From positions 1-52,819 of the forward strand of contig JBHLPW010000037.1 in the NCBI GenBank assembly GCA_048939015.1: 52,819 nt of DNA, read 5' to 3'. Numbering within the stretch: the first letter of the stretch is position 1; the number at the start of each line of letters is the position of its first letter. This DNA comes from Promethearchaeota archaeon. GTDB taxonomy: Archaea; Asgardarchaeota; Lokiarchaeia; Sigyniarchaeales; SOKP01. The notes below the pieces were generated by a model, which was given only the letters and a program-made list of their open reading frames with translations, was not told the DNA's origin and did not search any database. A program made the position numbers and the translations under genes. Below, piece by piece: positions 20,845 through 31,600 of the stretch.

Positions 20845-23800
20845 ATGAACTCACATTTAAAGAATAATAATAGAAAAAATAAGAAAAAATGTTATCCATT
20901 TGGAATTTTACATAATCTTAAGAAATCACGAATAAGATTACTTGTTTTATTCGCCATATTCTTGTTTTCAATAATTTTCATTATAGATTCACCAATAAAT
21001 TTTAACAGTAAACCCGAAGATTCACAGACTCCGACTGAAAAAAATCTGGAATTAAGTAATGAAGGAGACAACATATTCAAATTCAAATTAGCGATTAGTA
21101 ATAATCCCGTCACTATCGATCCTCATAATGTTTGGGATGTAAACTCTGGGTGTGTAATTGATCAAGTATGTGAGGGATTATACATGTATAATATATCTGA
21201 TCCAAATTACCCGATTATCCCAAATCTAGCAATAGCTAATGGTTCATGGTCAGTAGATAATTTAAATTATACAGTACCCTTGAGAACGGGAGTCACTTTT
21301 CATGATGGCTTTGGATTTAAGGCTATAGATGTTAAGCAATCTTTTAATAGATTACAGTATTTTATAAATGCCTCTGGTAATCTACCTTCAAATACTAGTA
21401 TTGCAGTAATGGAATCTTTGTATAAATTCCTTGATGGAACTCCTATTATAAATAGAACTGAAGTTATAAGTGATTATTCCGTTAGATTCGTATTAAATAG
21501 ACCATATGGCCCATTCCAAGCATTGTTGTGCTATTATAGTTCATATATTATTTCAACTAACTCAACGCCTAAATATAGTTATATTTCTCCATCTACAGGA
21601 GATCTTGTTGGAACAGGACCATTTGTTTATGATGGAGGCACAGCAGGAGAAGAAATAAGGTTCCACGCTTTTGATAATTATTGGAATGGTAAACCAGATA
21701 TAGAATTATTATATTTTAAAATAATGGGCTATGATAGGAACGATGCAATATTGAATGGGTCAATTGACTATATAACTAGTTTTGATATATCAATGCTTTC
21801 TGATTTCAATGCTAACCCTGATGTAAAAGTGGTTGACAATGACAACGATTTGGCAATATATTATTTATGTATGAATAACCAAAAAATAAATAAGACCTTC
21901 AGACAAGTAATCTCTTATTCAATAAATTATTCTTATATTACGGATAATGCACAGCAAGGATTTGCTGAGAGAGCAAAGTCTCCAGTTCCTCCTGGTATTT
22001 CATATTCTAATTGGTCCAATAATTATGCTATTTATAATGTGACTAAAGCGAGAGAGATTATGCAAAGTATGGGATTTGGTATTGGATGGGACACAACCTT
22101 TCCCGGCACTAGTGAGGCGAATTGGGCAAGTGCAAACTTTGTTTCATATAATTTCTCCTATTGGACAGGTAGTTCATTTCACACGGATTTATATACCCTA
22201 TTAAATGATAATTTAGAAAAAGTAGGGGTTGATGTTATTGATGGTGGTACCAGCTATGAATGGTATTTAACAATTTTTTATGGCACTAATCCCGGAGGAT
22301 ATAATGATATTGATCTTATGTATACAGGTTGGGGTCCTGATTTTAATGATCCAAGTAACATGATTAATCCTTTATTTTCAAATAATTCTGCTGCTAACAG
22401 GGGATTAACTAATGATCCATATTTACAAACTCTAATGGAACAGGGATTAAATGAGACTGAACCTTCTTTGCGTAAAGTAATCTATAATGAAATTCAAAAA
22501 TATTTAGTGGAGGATCTGATGCCAGTAGCATTTCTTTATGTTCAACGGAACTTTGATGTGTATCGCAATTATATCTTAGGATACCAATCGAACAAATGGG
22601 AAAAAATCTGGCTTCATGGAGTTACTCAAAATAGCTCTTTAGCTCCTCAAAAAATAAATATAAATGGGAATCAAGAATGGACGTATTTTAAAAACGCCGG
22701 GAAATGTACTGGTTCTGGTACTTATTCTGATCCTTATGTTATAGCAGATTTATTAATCGATGCGAATGGTTTTAGCAATGGGATCTTAATTAAAAACACT
22801 ACCGTATTCTTTAGAATAGAAAATTGTACGGTCTACAATTCTGGAAATGGAACGGATGACGCTGGTATTAAACTACAGCTAGTTAGTAATGGAAGATTAA
22901 TCAATAATAATGCTTCATATAATCACAGATTTGGGATATTGTTATATTATAATTATAACACCACAGTTTCGGGAAACTCCGCAAATAATAACGATGATAC
23001 AGGGATATATCTCCAAAATAGTAATAATAACACGGTTTCGGGAAACTCCGCAAATAATAATATTCTTAATGGAATTTATTTAATCTTTAGTAATAATACA
23101 AAAGTGGTTGGAAACTTATTAAACGGTAATGGTGTGTATAGCTATTTCGATTCTGATGGGAGTAATAATGTTTTTACTTGGAATGTTATTAATGGATTTG
23201 CTTATCCTTTTAATATTGATGATACTGGTGGGGGAGATTTCACCTGGGCTCAAGCTATTGATCAGTTAGCGTGGGTTACTGGCTCTGGTACATATTCTGA
23301 TCCTTATATTATAAAAGATTTAATAATTGGTGGGGCAAATTCTAGTAGTTGTATCTTCATTGAAAACTCCAATGTACATTCCAAGATTGAGAATTGTAGA
23401 GTATTCGATTCAAGTGCGACGTGGCCATATGCAGGAATCCAATTATTTAATGTAAGCAACTGTCAAATAGTTGATAATAACTGTTCTAATAATAATGGTC
23501 GCGGTATAACATTAGCAAATTGTAATAATAATACAGTAAATGGAAACACATTATACCTAAATGGTGATCATGGTATAGGACTATATTCCTCGAATAACAC
23601 TGTTATCTCAGGTAACACAGCATATTATAATAATTATGATGGAATCTCCATATATCTAAGTACCATGAATACTCTTTCCGGAAACAATGCATATGATAAC
23701 AATTATGACGGAATCAGAATATGGAAGAGTAATAATAGCTCAATTTCAACTAATACCATCTATTCTAACACTCAAAACGGGATATCTCTATGGAAGAGTA

Positions 23801-26217
23801 ATAGTTCAACAATCTCGGGTAATACTATATATGATAATACTTATAGAGGTATAAGATTAGAACATTCAAATAATATTGATGTAACAGGTAACAATGTATA
23901 CAGCAATGATGAAGATGGAATATTATCTTATTGGTGTGATAATATTGAGATTTCAGGAAACACCGCAAATAACAACAATTGGCATGGGATAATTTTAGAC
24001 AATACGGATGGTAATGTAGTAATGAGAAATACTTTCAATAACAACAATGAACGTGGGATTTGGATAGAAAATTGCGCTAATACGGAGGTCATTGGGAATA
24101 TTTTAAATGGTAATTCTGGGGGTACTTATTATGAAAGTGGTTCAAACAATGAATTTTTAGCAAATCTAGCTAACGGTTATATAAATCCTATTGTTTTTGA
24201 TGATAGCGGAGGAGGAGATTTTACTTGGACAGAAGCTACTAGTCAAATAGCTTGGTTCAGTGGTTCAGGTACTGGTGCTGATCCTTATATTATTGAAAAT
24301 ATAATTATCAATGCTCAAGGTTCTGGTAGTTGCATTGAGATAATAGGCTCTAATGATTATCTTATTATAAGAAACAGTAAATTTACCAATTCTGGGAGTG
24401 GAACTCTACCACATGATGCAGGAATTAGAATGGAATCTGTTACTGGTATAACCGAATTAAATAATGTGAATTGTTCAAATAATGGAGCTGATGGAATATA
24501 TCTACTATCCTGTTCTAGTATTACTATAAAGGATAGTACAATAAATAACAATGATTTAAATGGGATTGCGTTATACAATAGTGGTTATAATTATATTGAA
24601 GATAATGATAATACTATTAATTATAATGAGGCTAGTGGGATTTACTTAAGCGCAGCGCATAATAATGAGATTGATGGAAATACGATAAATTATAATGGAT
24701 ACGGTATTTTTGTTGATGGTTCCATGTACAATAATATAGATAACAACGATTTAAGATATAATATCGGTGGAGGATATAAAGAAATTGGTGATAGTTCTGG
24801 TAATATCTTTGGTCCAGGTAATATCCTTGATCCTGTATCAGATAATATGTTTTGGATAATCATTATAATCATAGCATGCATAATTGCTTTAGTAGCAATC
24901 ACTATTGTGGTAGTTTTAAAGAAAAGATCAGCTGTTCCTAAGAAGGTAAAGGAAAAGAAACCTGAGATTTCATTAGAAGAAAGGACAGCGATGACAATTT
25001 TAAAAGAAGAGAAGCGAAAAGAAAAACAAAAACTAAAAATGGAAGAAAAGGGAAGAAAAGTAGAGGCTGAACTCCTAAAAAGAATGTCAACTGTTGATTT
25101 TCTAATAAAGGAAGATAAATTTGAAATCGCACTTAAAAGTTTAGTTAGAATAAAAGAAGAAGCGCAAACTCATAGAATCGCAGACATTACAACTAAAGCT
25201 GAAGAACGTATAGATTTATGTAAAAAATTAGGGGAGGAAAGGAAAGAACAAGAAAGAATAATAGAAGAAGAAAGATTACGAGAGGAAAAACAAAAAGAAG
25301 AGGAGAAATTAGAAAAAGAAAGATTAAAAGAAGAAGAACGAAGAAAGAAGGAAAAACTAAAAGAAGAGGAGAGATTGAAGGAAGAAAGGCAACGAACCTT
25401 AGAAAAAGAAGCGAAAATTAAGGAAGAATTTGAAAAGAGAATAGCAAATGTAGAATACTTTATTAAAGAAAATAAAACAGAAATGGCTATTAAAGTATTA
25501 CTTAAGATTCAAGAAGAGGCTCAAGCTCAAGGCTTTGAAGATATTGTGAATAGTGCAGAAGAAAAATTAATTGAATACAAAAAATTACAACTAGAAACTG
25601 TTAATCGAATTAAGCAGACAATTTTAACCTTAGGGGCGAAATTTACTCGTCTACAGCTCCTTGATATAAGTGAGAAAAGCGGTATTCAAGATGAAGCTCT
25701 GATTGAGAACATTATTCATGAGATGATCAGAAATAAAGAAATTTCTGGCGAATATTTTGAGAGTTCGAAAGCGCTTGCGTTGGAAGCAGCAGCACCTGTG
25801 AAAATAGAGGAAAGCGTAGGGAAACATAATGTCTTTATTAGTTATTCTACTTTAGATACAGATTACTTTCAGGTCTCAAAAATTGTACGTCGATTAGAAC
25901 TATATCCCGAAATAAATCAAGTTTTGTTCTGGGAAGTCGATAGTAAACAAAATATTGTAGAATTTATGGAAGAGACTCTTAGAAAGACTAACGCGTTTAT
26001 ATTATTTTGTTCTGAACATTCTATAAAGTCCCAAGCCGTAAAAGGTGAATGGATGTCAGCTTATCAAATGCTTAAAAAAGGATTGATGAAAATCATTCCT
26101 GTATATGAAGATGAAGACCATATTCCTAGATTGTTATGGCAAATGCTAAATGTAAAATATACGAAAGATGACTTCGAAGGATTTATCCAAAAACTTTATG
26201 AAGAAATCATAAGATAA
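20845..26217 (+). CDS. Predicted membrane receptor: signal/TM - SBP family 5 - NosD-like beta-helix modules - TM - helical/coiled-coil - PCI-like wH - TIR
   Basis: IDP..VCEGL..PNLA, LRTGVTFHDG, VGTGPF, GWGPDFNDP (SBP5). GSGTxxDPY-capped PbH1 repeats. TM MFWIIIIIIACIIALVAITIVVVL-KKR. HNVFISYS..FILFCS..AVKGEW TIR. ORF track start is TTG 20800. Confidence 0.85.
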   Translation: MNSHLKNNNRKNKKKCYPFGILHNLKKSRIRLLVLFAIFLFSIIFIIDSPINFNSKPEDSQTPTEKNLELSNEGDNIFKFKLAISNNPVTIDPHNVWDVNSGCVIDQVCEGLYMYNISDPNYPIIPNLAIANGSWSVDNLNYTVPLRTGVTFHDGFGFKAIDVKQSFNRLQYFINASGNLPSNTSIAVMESLYKFLDGTPIINRTEVISDYSVRFVLNRPYGPFQALLCYYSSYIISTNSTPKYSYISPSTGDLVGTGPFVYDGGTAGEEIRFHAFDNYWNGKPDIELLYFKIMGYDRNDAILNGSIDYITSFDISMLSDFNANPDVKVVDNDNDLAIYYLCMNNQKINKTFRQVISYSINYSYITDNAQQGFAERAKSPVPPGISYSNWSNNYAIYNVTKAREIMQSMGFGIGWDTTFPGTSEANWASANFVSYNFSYWTGSSFHTDLYTLLNDNLEKVGVDVIDGGTSYEWYLTIFYGTNPGGYNDIDLMYTGWGPDFNDPSNMINPLFSNNSAANRGLTNDPYLQTLMEQGLNETEPSLRKVIYNEIQKYLVEDLMPVAFLYVQRNFDVYRNYILGYQSNKWEKIWLHGVTQNSSLAPQKININGNQEWTYFKNAGKCTGSGTYSDPYVIADLLIDANGFSNGILIKNTTVFFRIENCTVYNSGNGTDDAGIKLQLVSNGRLINNNASYNHRFGILLYYNYNTTVSGNSANNNDDTGIYLQNSNNNTVSGNSANNNILNGIYLIFSNNTKVVGNLLNGNGVYSYFDSDGSNNVFTWNVINGFAYPFNIDDTGGGDFTWAQAIDQLAWVTGSGTYSDPYIIKDLIIGGANSSSCIFIENSNVHSKIENCRVFDSSATWPYAGIQLFNVSNCQIVDNNCSNNNGRGITLANCNNNTVNGNTLYLNGDHGIGLYSSNNTVISGNTAYYNNYDGISIYLSTMNTLSGNNAYDNNYDGIRIWKSNNSSISTNTIYSNTQNGISLWKSNSSTISGNTIYDNTYRGIRLEHSNNIDVTGNNVYSNDEDGILSYWCDNIEISGNTANNNNWHGIILDNTDGNVVMRNTFNNNNERGIWIENCANTEVIGNILNGNSGGTYYESGSNNEFLANLANGYINPIVFDDSGGGDFTWTEATSQIAWFSGSGTGADPYIIENIIINAQGSGSCIEIIGSNDYLIIRNSKFTNSGSGTLPHDAGIRMESVTGITELNNVNCSNNGADGIYLLSCSSITIKDSTINNNDLNGIALYNSGYNYIEDNDNTINYNEASGIYLSAAHNNEIDGNTINYNGYGIFVDGSMYNNIDNNDLRYNIGGGYKEIGDSSGNIFGPGNILDPVSDNMFWIIIIIIACIIALVAITIVVVLKKRSAVPKKVKEKKPEISLEERTAMTILKEEKRKEKQKLKMEEKGRKVEAELLKRMSTVDFLIKEDKFEIALKSLVRIKEEAQTHRIADITTKAEERIDLCKKLGEERKEQERIIEEERLREEKQKEEEKLEKERLKEEERRKKEKLKEEERLKEERQRTLEKEAKIKEEFEKRIANVEYFIKENKTEMAIKVLLKIQEEAQAQGFEDIVNSAEEKLIEYKKLQLETVNRIKQTILTLGAKFTRLQLLDISEKSGIQDEALIENIIHEMIRNKEISGEYFESSKALALEAAAPVKIEESVGKHNVFISYSTLDTDYFQVSKIVRRLELYPEINQVLFWEVDSKQNIVEFMEETLRKTNAFILFCSEHSIKSQAVKGEWMSAYQMLKKGLMKIIPVYEDEDHIPRLLWQMLNVKYTKDDFEGFIQKLYEEIIR

Positions 26218-26286
26218 AAAATCTACGAAATTCAACTTTTTTTTTTATAAATAACAAGAATGTTCAATAAGGAGGAGTTAATAAAT

Positions 26287-28440
26287 TTAAAAATCCATTT
26301 TCTTTTTAACAACTTTAAAGTTTATCCAATTTACTAATTCTTCAACCCCGTTTGTAATTGCATTTGATGCGAATTCACCTAAAGTAATTTTAGTGATTGA
26401 TTTTACAAATTTTAACCATTTTGGGGGTTTAAATAACTTATAATAGTTAAGAGTATCCATAACAATTTTAGCCCATTTATCTTTTTCTTCATCTGTCCAA
26501 TCTGGATTTTTAATAACTTTATAAATAACTCTATTCAACTCTTTAGGTTTTTCAATTATTATGCTTAATGTTTCTCTAATCTTAGACTCGTCTAAATAAT
26601 AAATGACATCTTGAACTTTTTGAGTATCACTTTTTATAGACTCAAGTTTGATACTGATATCTTTCATAAGATCAGTTGTCTTTTCAATCTTATCACTTAA
26701 AGTCTGTATTTCTACCTCTGATCCTCCCTCAAATTGTCTCATAGCTACTGATACAGCCACATCTTGCTTATCATAAAGACCTTGAGCTAAACCTTCTAAT
26801 CTCCTAAATCCACTTTCTTGAGCCTCCTTGATTTCCTGAAGAAGAGCAAAATTACATTCCTCAATATTTTTCTTCACAATTGTCTCTATTTCCAATGGAT
26901 TTAAACTACTATCGATTTTCATTGTTCTGCCTTGCATATTTTCCACTTTTCTCTTGAATTCTTCTCTGGAAATCAACTTAGGTACAAGTAAGTTACAAAC
27001 ATAACAGATCTCAAAAGGCTCAATCTTTACAGTATGTATTTTACCAAAATGATCAGTATAATTGACATTTCCTTTAATTTCACTACCAACACAATTATCA
27101 GTAGCATATAACTTATATGCAGGAGAAACCTCATCATAGGGATTTAACTTTAAAAACTCAATTAATTTATCCATTCGTAATTCTAATCCAGGAGGTATAT
27201 CACCGAAAATTACTTGTATATTAGAGATAACATATTGGGATAAATTTTGAATTTTTACTTTGTAATGAAATACACTCTGATTTCCTTCTATTTTCCAATC
27301 TCCCCCTCTTAACAGTTTTATGTTTTTACTTCTATAATCACCTATGTTTAACGGTATCGGTGGTACCTTTATAGGTTTAGAGAATGTCTCTACCTCTTCT
27401 CTTTTGAATACTACTTTTTGACTCTTAATTTGAGCATTAATTTCTTTGTTAAGAATCATTTCTTCGATGATTGGTTCTAATTCTTCTACATTAAGCCCTG
27501 TCTTTTCTGCGACTTTTTCAATCGTAATTTCACTGTATATAGAAGGCAACTTCTTGAGATAGTTAATGGTATGTAGTTTTTCTCGTTCCTTCATTTCTTT
27601 TTGGACTTTTTGCTGACAATATTCAACAAATTTCTGAGGTGTATTTGCTTCACCTCTTTGATTTAGGCCTCCTAATTTTTCAATTAATTTATTGGAAATT
27701 TGACTACCTTTAAGATTTAGAAATTTTAAATTAGTCAAAGTTTCTAAACCTTTAATTTCTCTTATTAAATTATTACTTAAGTTTAGGACTCTCAATTTAA
27801 TGAGTCTATTTAATCCTTGAATCTCGGAAATTTGATTATCAGCAATATTTAATTCCCTTAAATTAGTAAGATTTTCCAAACCACTTATTTCTGCTATTTT
27901 ATTTTTATTGAGAGTTAGTCTTTCTAAATTAATAAGAAGATCTATACCTTCAATTTGAACAATTTGATTATTTTTTAAGTCTATTTCTTGTAGATTAGAA
28001 CATTTTTCTAATCCTTTTATTCTTATAATTTTATTATTACTAATATTTAACTCTTGCAGATTGGTTAAAGATTCTAAACCTTTAATCTCATTAATTTCGT
28101 TTTGATGCAGATTTAGTATTTTTAAATTAGTGAGAGAATTTAACTTTTCTATGTTAACAATTTTATTGTGTCTTAAATTTAGCCATTGTAAATTATTTAG
28201 GTCTCTCAATCCTTCAATTTGAGTGATTGAGTTACTACTAAGTTCTAATACTTTCAAATTTTTTAGCCCTTCTAGGCCTTCAATCTTACCAATGTTATTT
28301 CTATCAAGATATAATACTTGTAAATCAGTATATTTCTTTAAGCCTTGTATTTCAGTAATATCAGTAATATTTTTTGAATGCAGATCTAATTTACCACTTT
28401 TGATTTCGTGTTTCTCCTCATCTAATATAACATATACCAT
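26287..28440 (-). CDS. SDS22-like LRR + PCI-like winged helix + coat appendage-like (Ig + platform) protein
   Basis: About 10 LxxLxLxxNxIxxIxGL repeats. YSEITIEKVAEKTGL..IIEEMILNKEINAQI (PCI). YKVKIQN..IKGNVNYTD..LLVPKLISREEF (appendage/platform-like). Confidence 0.8.
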   Translation of the reverse strand: MVYVILDEEKHEIKSGKLDLHSKNITDITEIQGLKKYTDLQVLYLDRNNIGKIEGLEGLKNLKVLELSSNSITQIEGLRDLNNLQWLNLRHNKIVNIEKLNSLTNLKILNLHQNEINEIKGLESLTNLQELNISNNKIIRIKGLEKCSNLQEIDLKNNQIVQIEGIDLLINLERLTLNKNKIAEISGLENLTNLRELNIADNQISEIQGLNRLIKLRVLNLSNNLIREIKGLETLTNLKFLNLKGSQISNKLIEKLGGLNQRGEANTPQKFVEYCQQKVQKEMKEREKLHTINYLKKLPSIYSEITIEKVAEKTGLNVEELEPIIEEMILNKEINAQIKSQKVVFKREEVETFSKPIKVPPIPLNIGDYRSKNIKLLRGGDWKIEGNQSVFHYKVKIQNLSQYVISNIQVIFGDIPPGLELRMDKLIEFLKLNPYDEVSPAYKLYATDNCVGSEIKGNVNYTDHFGKIHTVKIEPFEICYVCNLLVPKLISREEFKRKVENMQGRTMKIDSSLNPLEIETIVKKNIEECNFALLQEIKEAQESGFRRLEGLAQGLYDKQDVAVSVAMRQFEGGSEVEIQTLSDKIEKTTDLMKDISIKLESIKSDTQKVQDVIYYLDESKIRETLSIIIEKPKELNRVIYKVIKNPDWTDEEKDKWAKIVMDTLNYYKLFKPPKWLKFVKSITKITLGEFASNAITNGVEELVNWINFKVVKKKMDF

Positions 28441-28618
28441 TGCAATTACCTTGTACTATTTAGAATATATTTATTGAATTAAGGAATTATTTTCTGATCA
28501 AATAGATAATTAAATTTATGAAATTCAATTACTTATATTTTTGTCAATAAATAAGATAGACTTTTCAGTAAATAATAAAAGAAATCCTTGTATATTTATT
28601 AGTTATTAGATAAATCGA

Positions 28619-31600
28619 ATGTTTATCACCTTATTGGATGGCGAAAAAATGAAAAGTAAAAAATTAACTTTTATAATCTTATTAATTTTAATCCTATTTC
28701 AATCTATAATAGGATTAATTAATTTTAATTTAAATAGTGGGCAAAAAAGTGAAGTTGAGAAAGTCGTTCCAGAAATTTCTGACATTATTGTTGGGAATTA
28801 CACATTTCCAGGATATTCAGGCTCGGTTGATTTAAATAACTCGATTAGAATTGGGTTACTTCACGATAAGAATAATGTTTTAGGTGATCATAATTGGAAA
28901 GGAGCATTTTTGGCAGCTAAAGAGATTAATGAAGCTGGAGGTATTATTATTAACAGCACAGCATTCAAAGTAGGACTTGTAGCTGAAGATACAAATGAAA
29001 ATAATGAAACATTAGACGTATCTAAAGGGCTTGACGCTGCAAATAGAGTAATATCTTATGATCCTCATTGCATTATAGGGGGATATAGAAATGAATCATT
29101 ATCAGCTTATCTAGAGCTAATAATGAACGCAAAAATCCCTTTTTTAAGTACAGGAGTCGCACAAGATGAATTTTGTCAAAATGTTTTAAATAATTATGCT
29201 AAATACAAGTATTTCTTTCGAGTTATGCCATACAATTCAACTAATATTGGTATAGAAACGATTAATCATTATCTTTGGCAGATATTTGTTTTGAATAATA
29301 GTTATTCTGGTTGGCTTAAAAATGTCACAATTCTTAGGGAAAATCTAACTTGGTCTGTAGGCTTGAGTAATGCTCTTCAGCAAATTTTACCTATTTATGC
29401 AAATTTCCTTAATCCTATCACAGAAATTAATATTTCAACTTCAATAACATATTCAGAAATGGAGGATATCTGGGAACAAATCAATGCATCAAAAGCTCAG
29501 TTAGTAATTCCAATATTCTCTTCAAATGCCTCAATAAATGTATCAAAAGCTTATGCGGCTGTTCAACCAAAATGTCTAATGATGGGTATAGATATCAAGT
29601 CTCAGATCAATGATTTTTGGGACAATACTGAGGGGACATGCCAATATGAGGCGGTATTTCAGGCTGTTTACAATATTTCTAAAACATCTAAAACTATGCC
29701 TTTTTGGAATAATTTTGTCAATGAATATAATATAGAACCCTATTATACAGGAATTGGTGCTTATGAAGCAGTTTATATGTTAGCAAATGTGAGTAAAACT
29801 TCTCAATCTTTAAAACCTAATGATATAATCTCTGGATTAGAGGGATTTGATAAGGATAATCCTTTTATTGGTCCTTCCAATAGAAAAGCTTTTTGGGGAT
29901 CACACGATTTAGTTTATGGTTATCCTTATGCTTATGGTCTATGGTGCCAATGGCAATTAGACGGAAAAAAAGTGGTTATTCATTCCGATAATAACTATCC
30001 TGGTTCAATACCAACAGGTAGCTTATCTTTACCATATTGGGGAATTCATGATCTGACCGTGGCTCAAGATATTCCAGAACCCTTTACATTATCTAGTAAT
30101 GCTGGCAAGCCAGATTCAGATGGATCATTTGATCTGACTTGGACAAACTCAAATGGGGCAGATAGTTATTCTGTTTATATGTATAATAAAAATATTTCAT
30201 ATGTAAGTAAAAGATTCGCTTTAAAATCTTATAAAGACGTAAGTTCTCCATTTCCCATATCTGGATTAAGGACTGGAGACTATTACTTTATAGTCGCGGC
30301 ATACAATGGAACAGGTGAGAGACTATCTAACAATATCTACGCTGAAGTAGACAATAGACCTGGAATTTTCACACTTAGTAAAGATGCAGATTTTCCCGTA
30401 GATACTAACGGGAGCTTTAACTTAACTTGGTCTGATTCGGATGGTGCAGATAATTATTCTATTTATAGATATAATAGATCTATTACAGAGATAAATGAAA
30501 GTCTGACTATCGAAGCAGATCAAACAGCAACTTCTCCTTTTCCTATCACGGGTTTATTAGACGGGAAGTACTATTTCGTAGCTGTAGCATATAATGGAAC
30601 TGGAGAAAGACTATCCAATATTGTCAATGTAACAGTAGATCGACCTGGACCGGGCAGTTTCACGTTAGATACTGATGCTGATGCTCCCGATAAAGATGGA
30701 ACATTCAACTTAAACTGGACTGCATCTAAAAATGCAGACAATTATTCTATTTATAGATATAATAGATTTATTACAGAGATAAATGGAAGTCTGACTATCG
30801 AAGCAAATCAAACAGCAACTTCCCCATTTCCAATCACAGGTTTATCTACTGGAAATTACTATTTCGTAGTCGTAGCATATAATGAAACTGGTGAAACATT
30901 ATCCAATAATGTTAATGTTACAGTAGGAATACCTCCTGGACAATTTACTTTATCTTCAGATGCAGTTACTCCTTTTGATATAGATGGTATTTTCAACTTA
31001 AACTGGACAGAATCAGCTGGGGCTGATAATTATTCAATTTATCAGTTTTCAAGCTATATTACTCATATAAACGATAGTCTCATTCCACTCATGATTGCAA
31101 CAACTAATAAGTCATTCCAAATTACGGATTTACCGACTGGATTTTATTATTTTATTGTTGTTGCTAACAATAGTTTTGGTTATCGGCTTTCGAATTGTAT
31201 TAACGTTTCTGTTCAAATTTATAACAATTTAACTGGATATTGGATAATAAACCCCTTGCTGATTGATAATACAGGTACTGGAGATTACACATGGCAAGAA
31301 GTTGTGATTTTTCCCTGGTGTTCAGGTTCTGGAACATTAGTTGATCCATATGTAGTCGCGTTCATTAATATTAATGGTTTGAATTTGAATAATTGCTTAA
31401 CAATTAGAAATTCTAATGTATATTTTAGAGTTATAAATTGTATATTTTATAATTCAAGTGATAATGTTAATGATGGTGGAATTAAATTAATCTCCACTTC
31501 AAATGGAGATTTAATCCAAAATAATTGTTCCTTTAATAACGCAAATGGAATAGTCGTAGATTCTTGTAATAATATATTGATAAGAGACAGTTCCATTAAT

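Noticed and set aside
22960-31220. CRISPR array or DGR-like template/variable repeats
   Set aside because: The repeats are in-frame coding units (PbH1, LRR, FN3). No spacers, cas genes or reverse transcriptase were seen.
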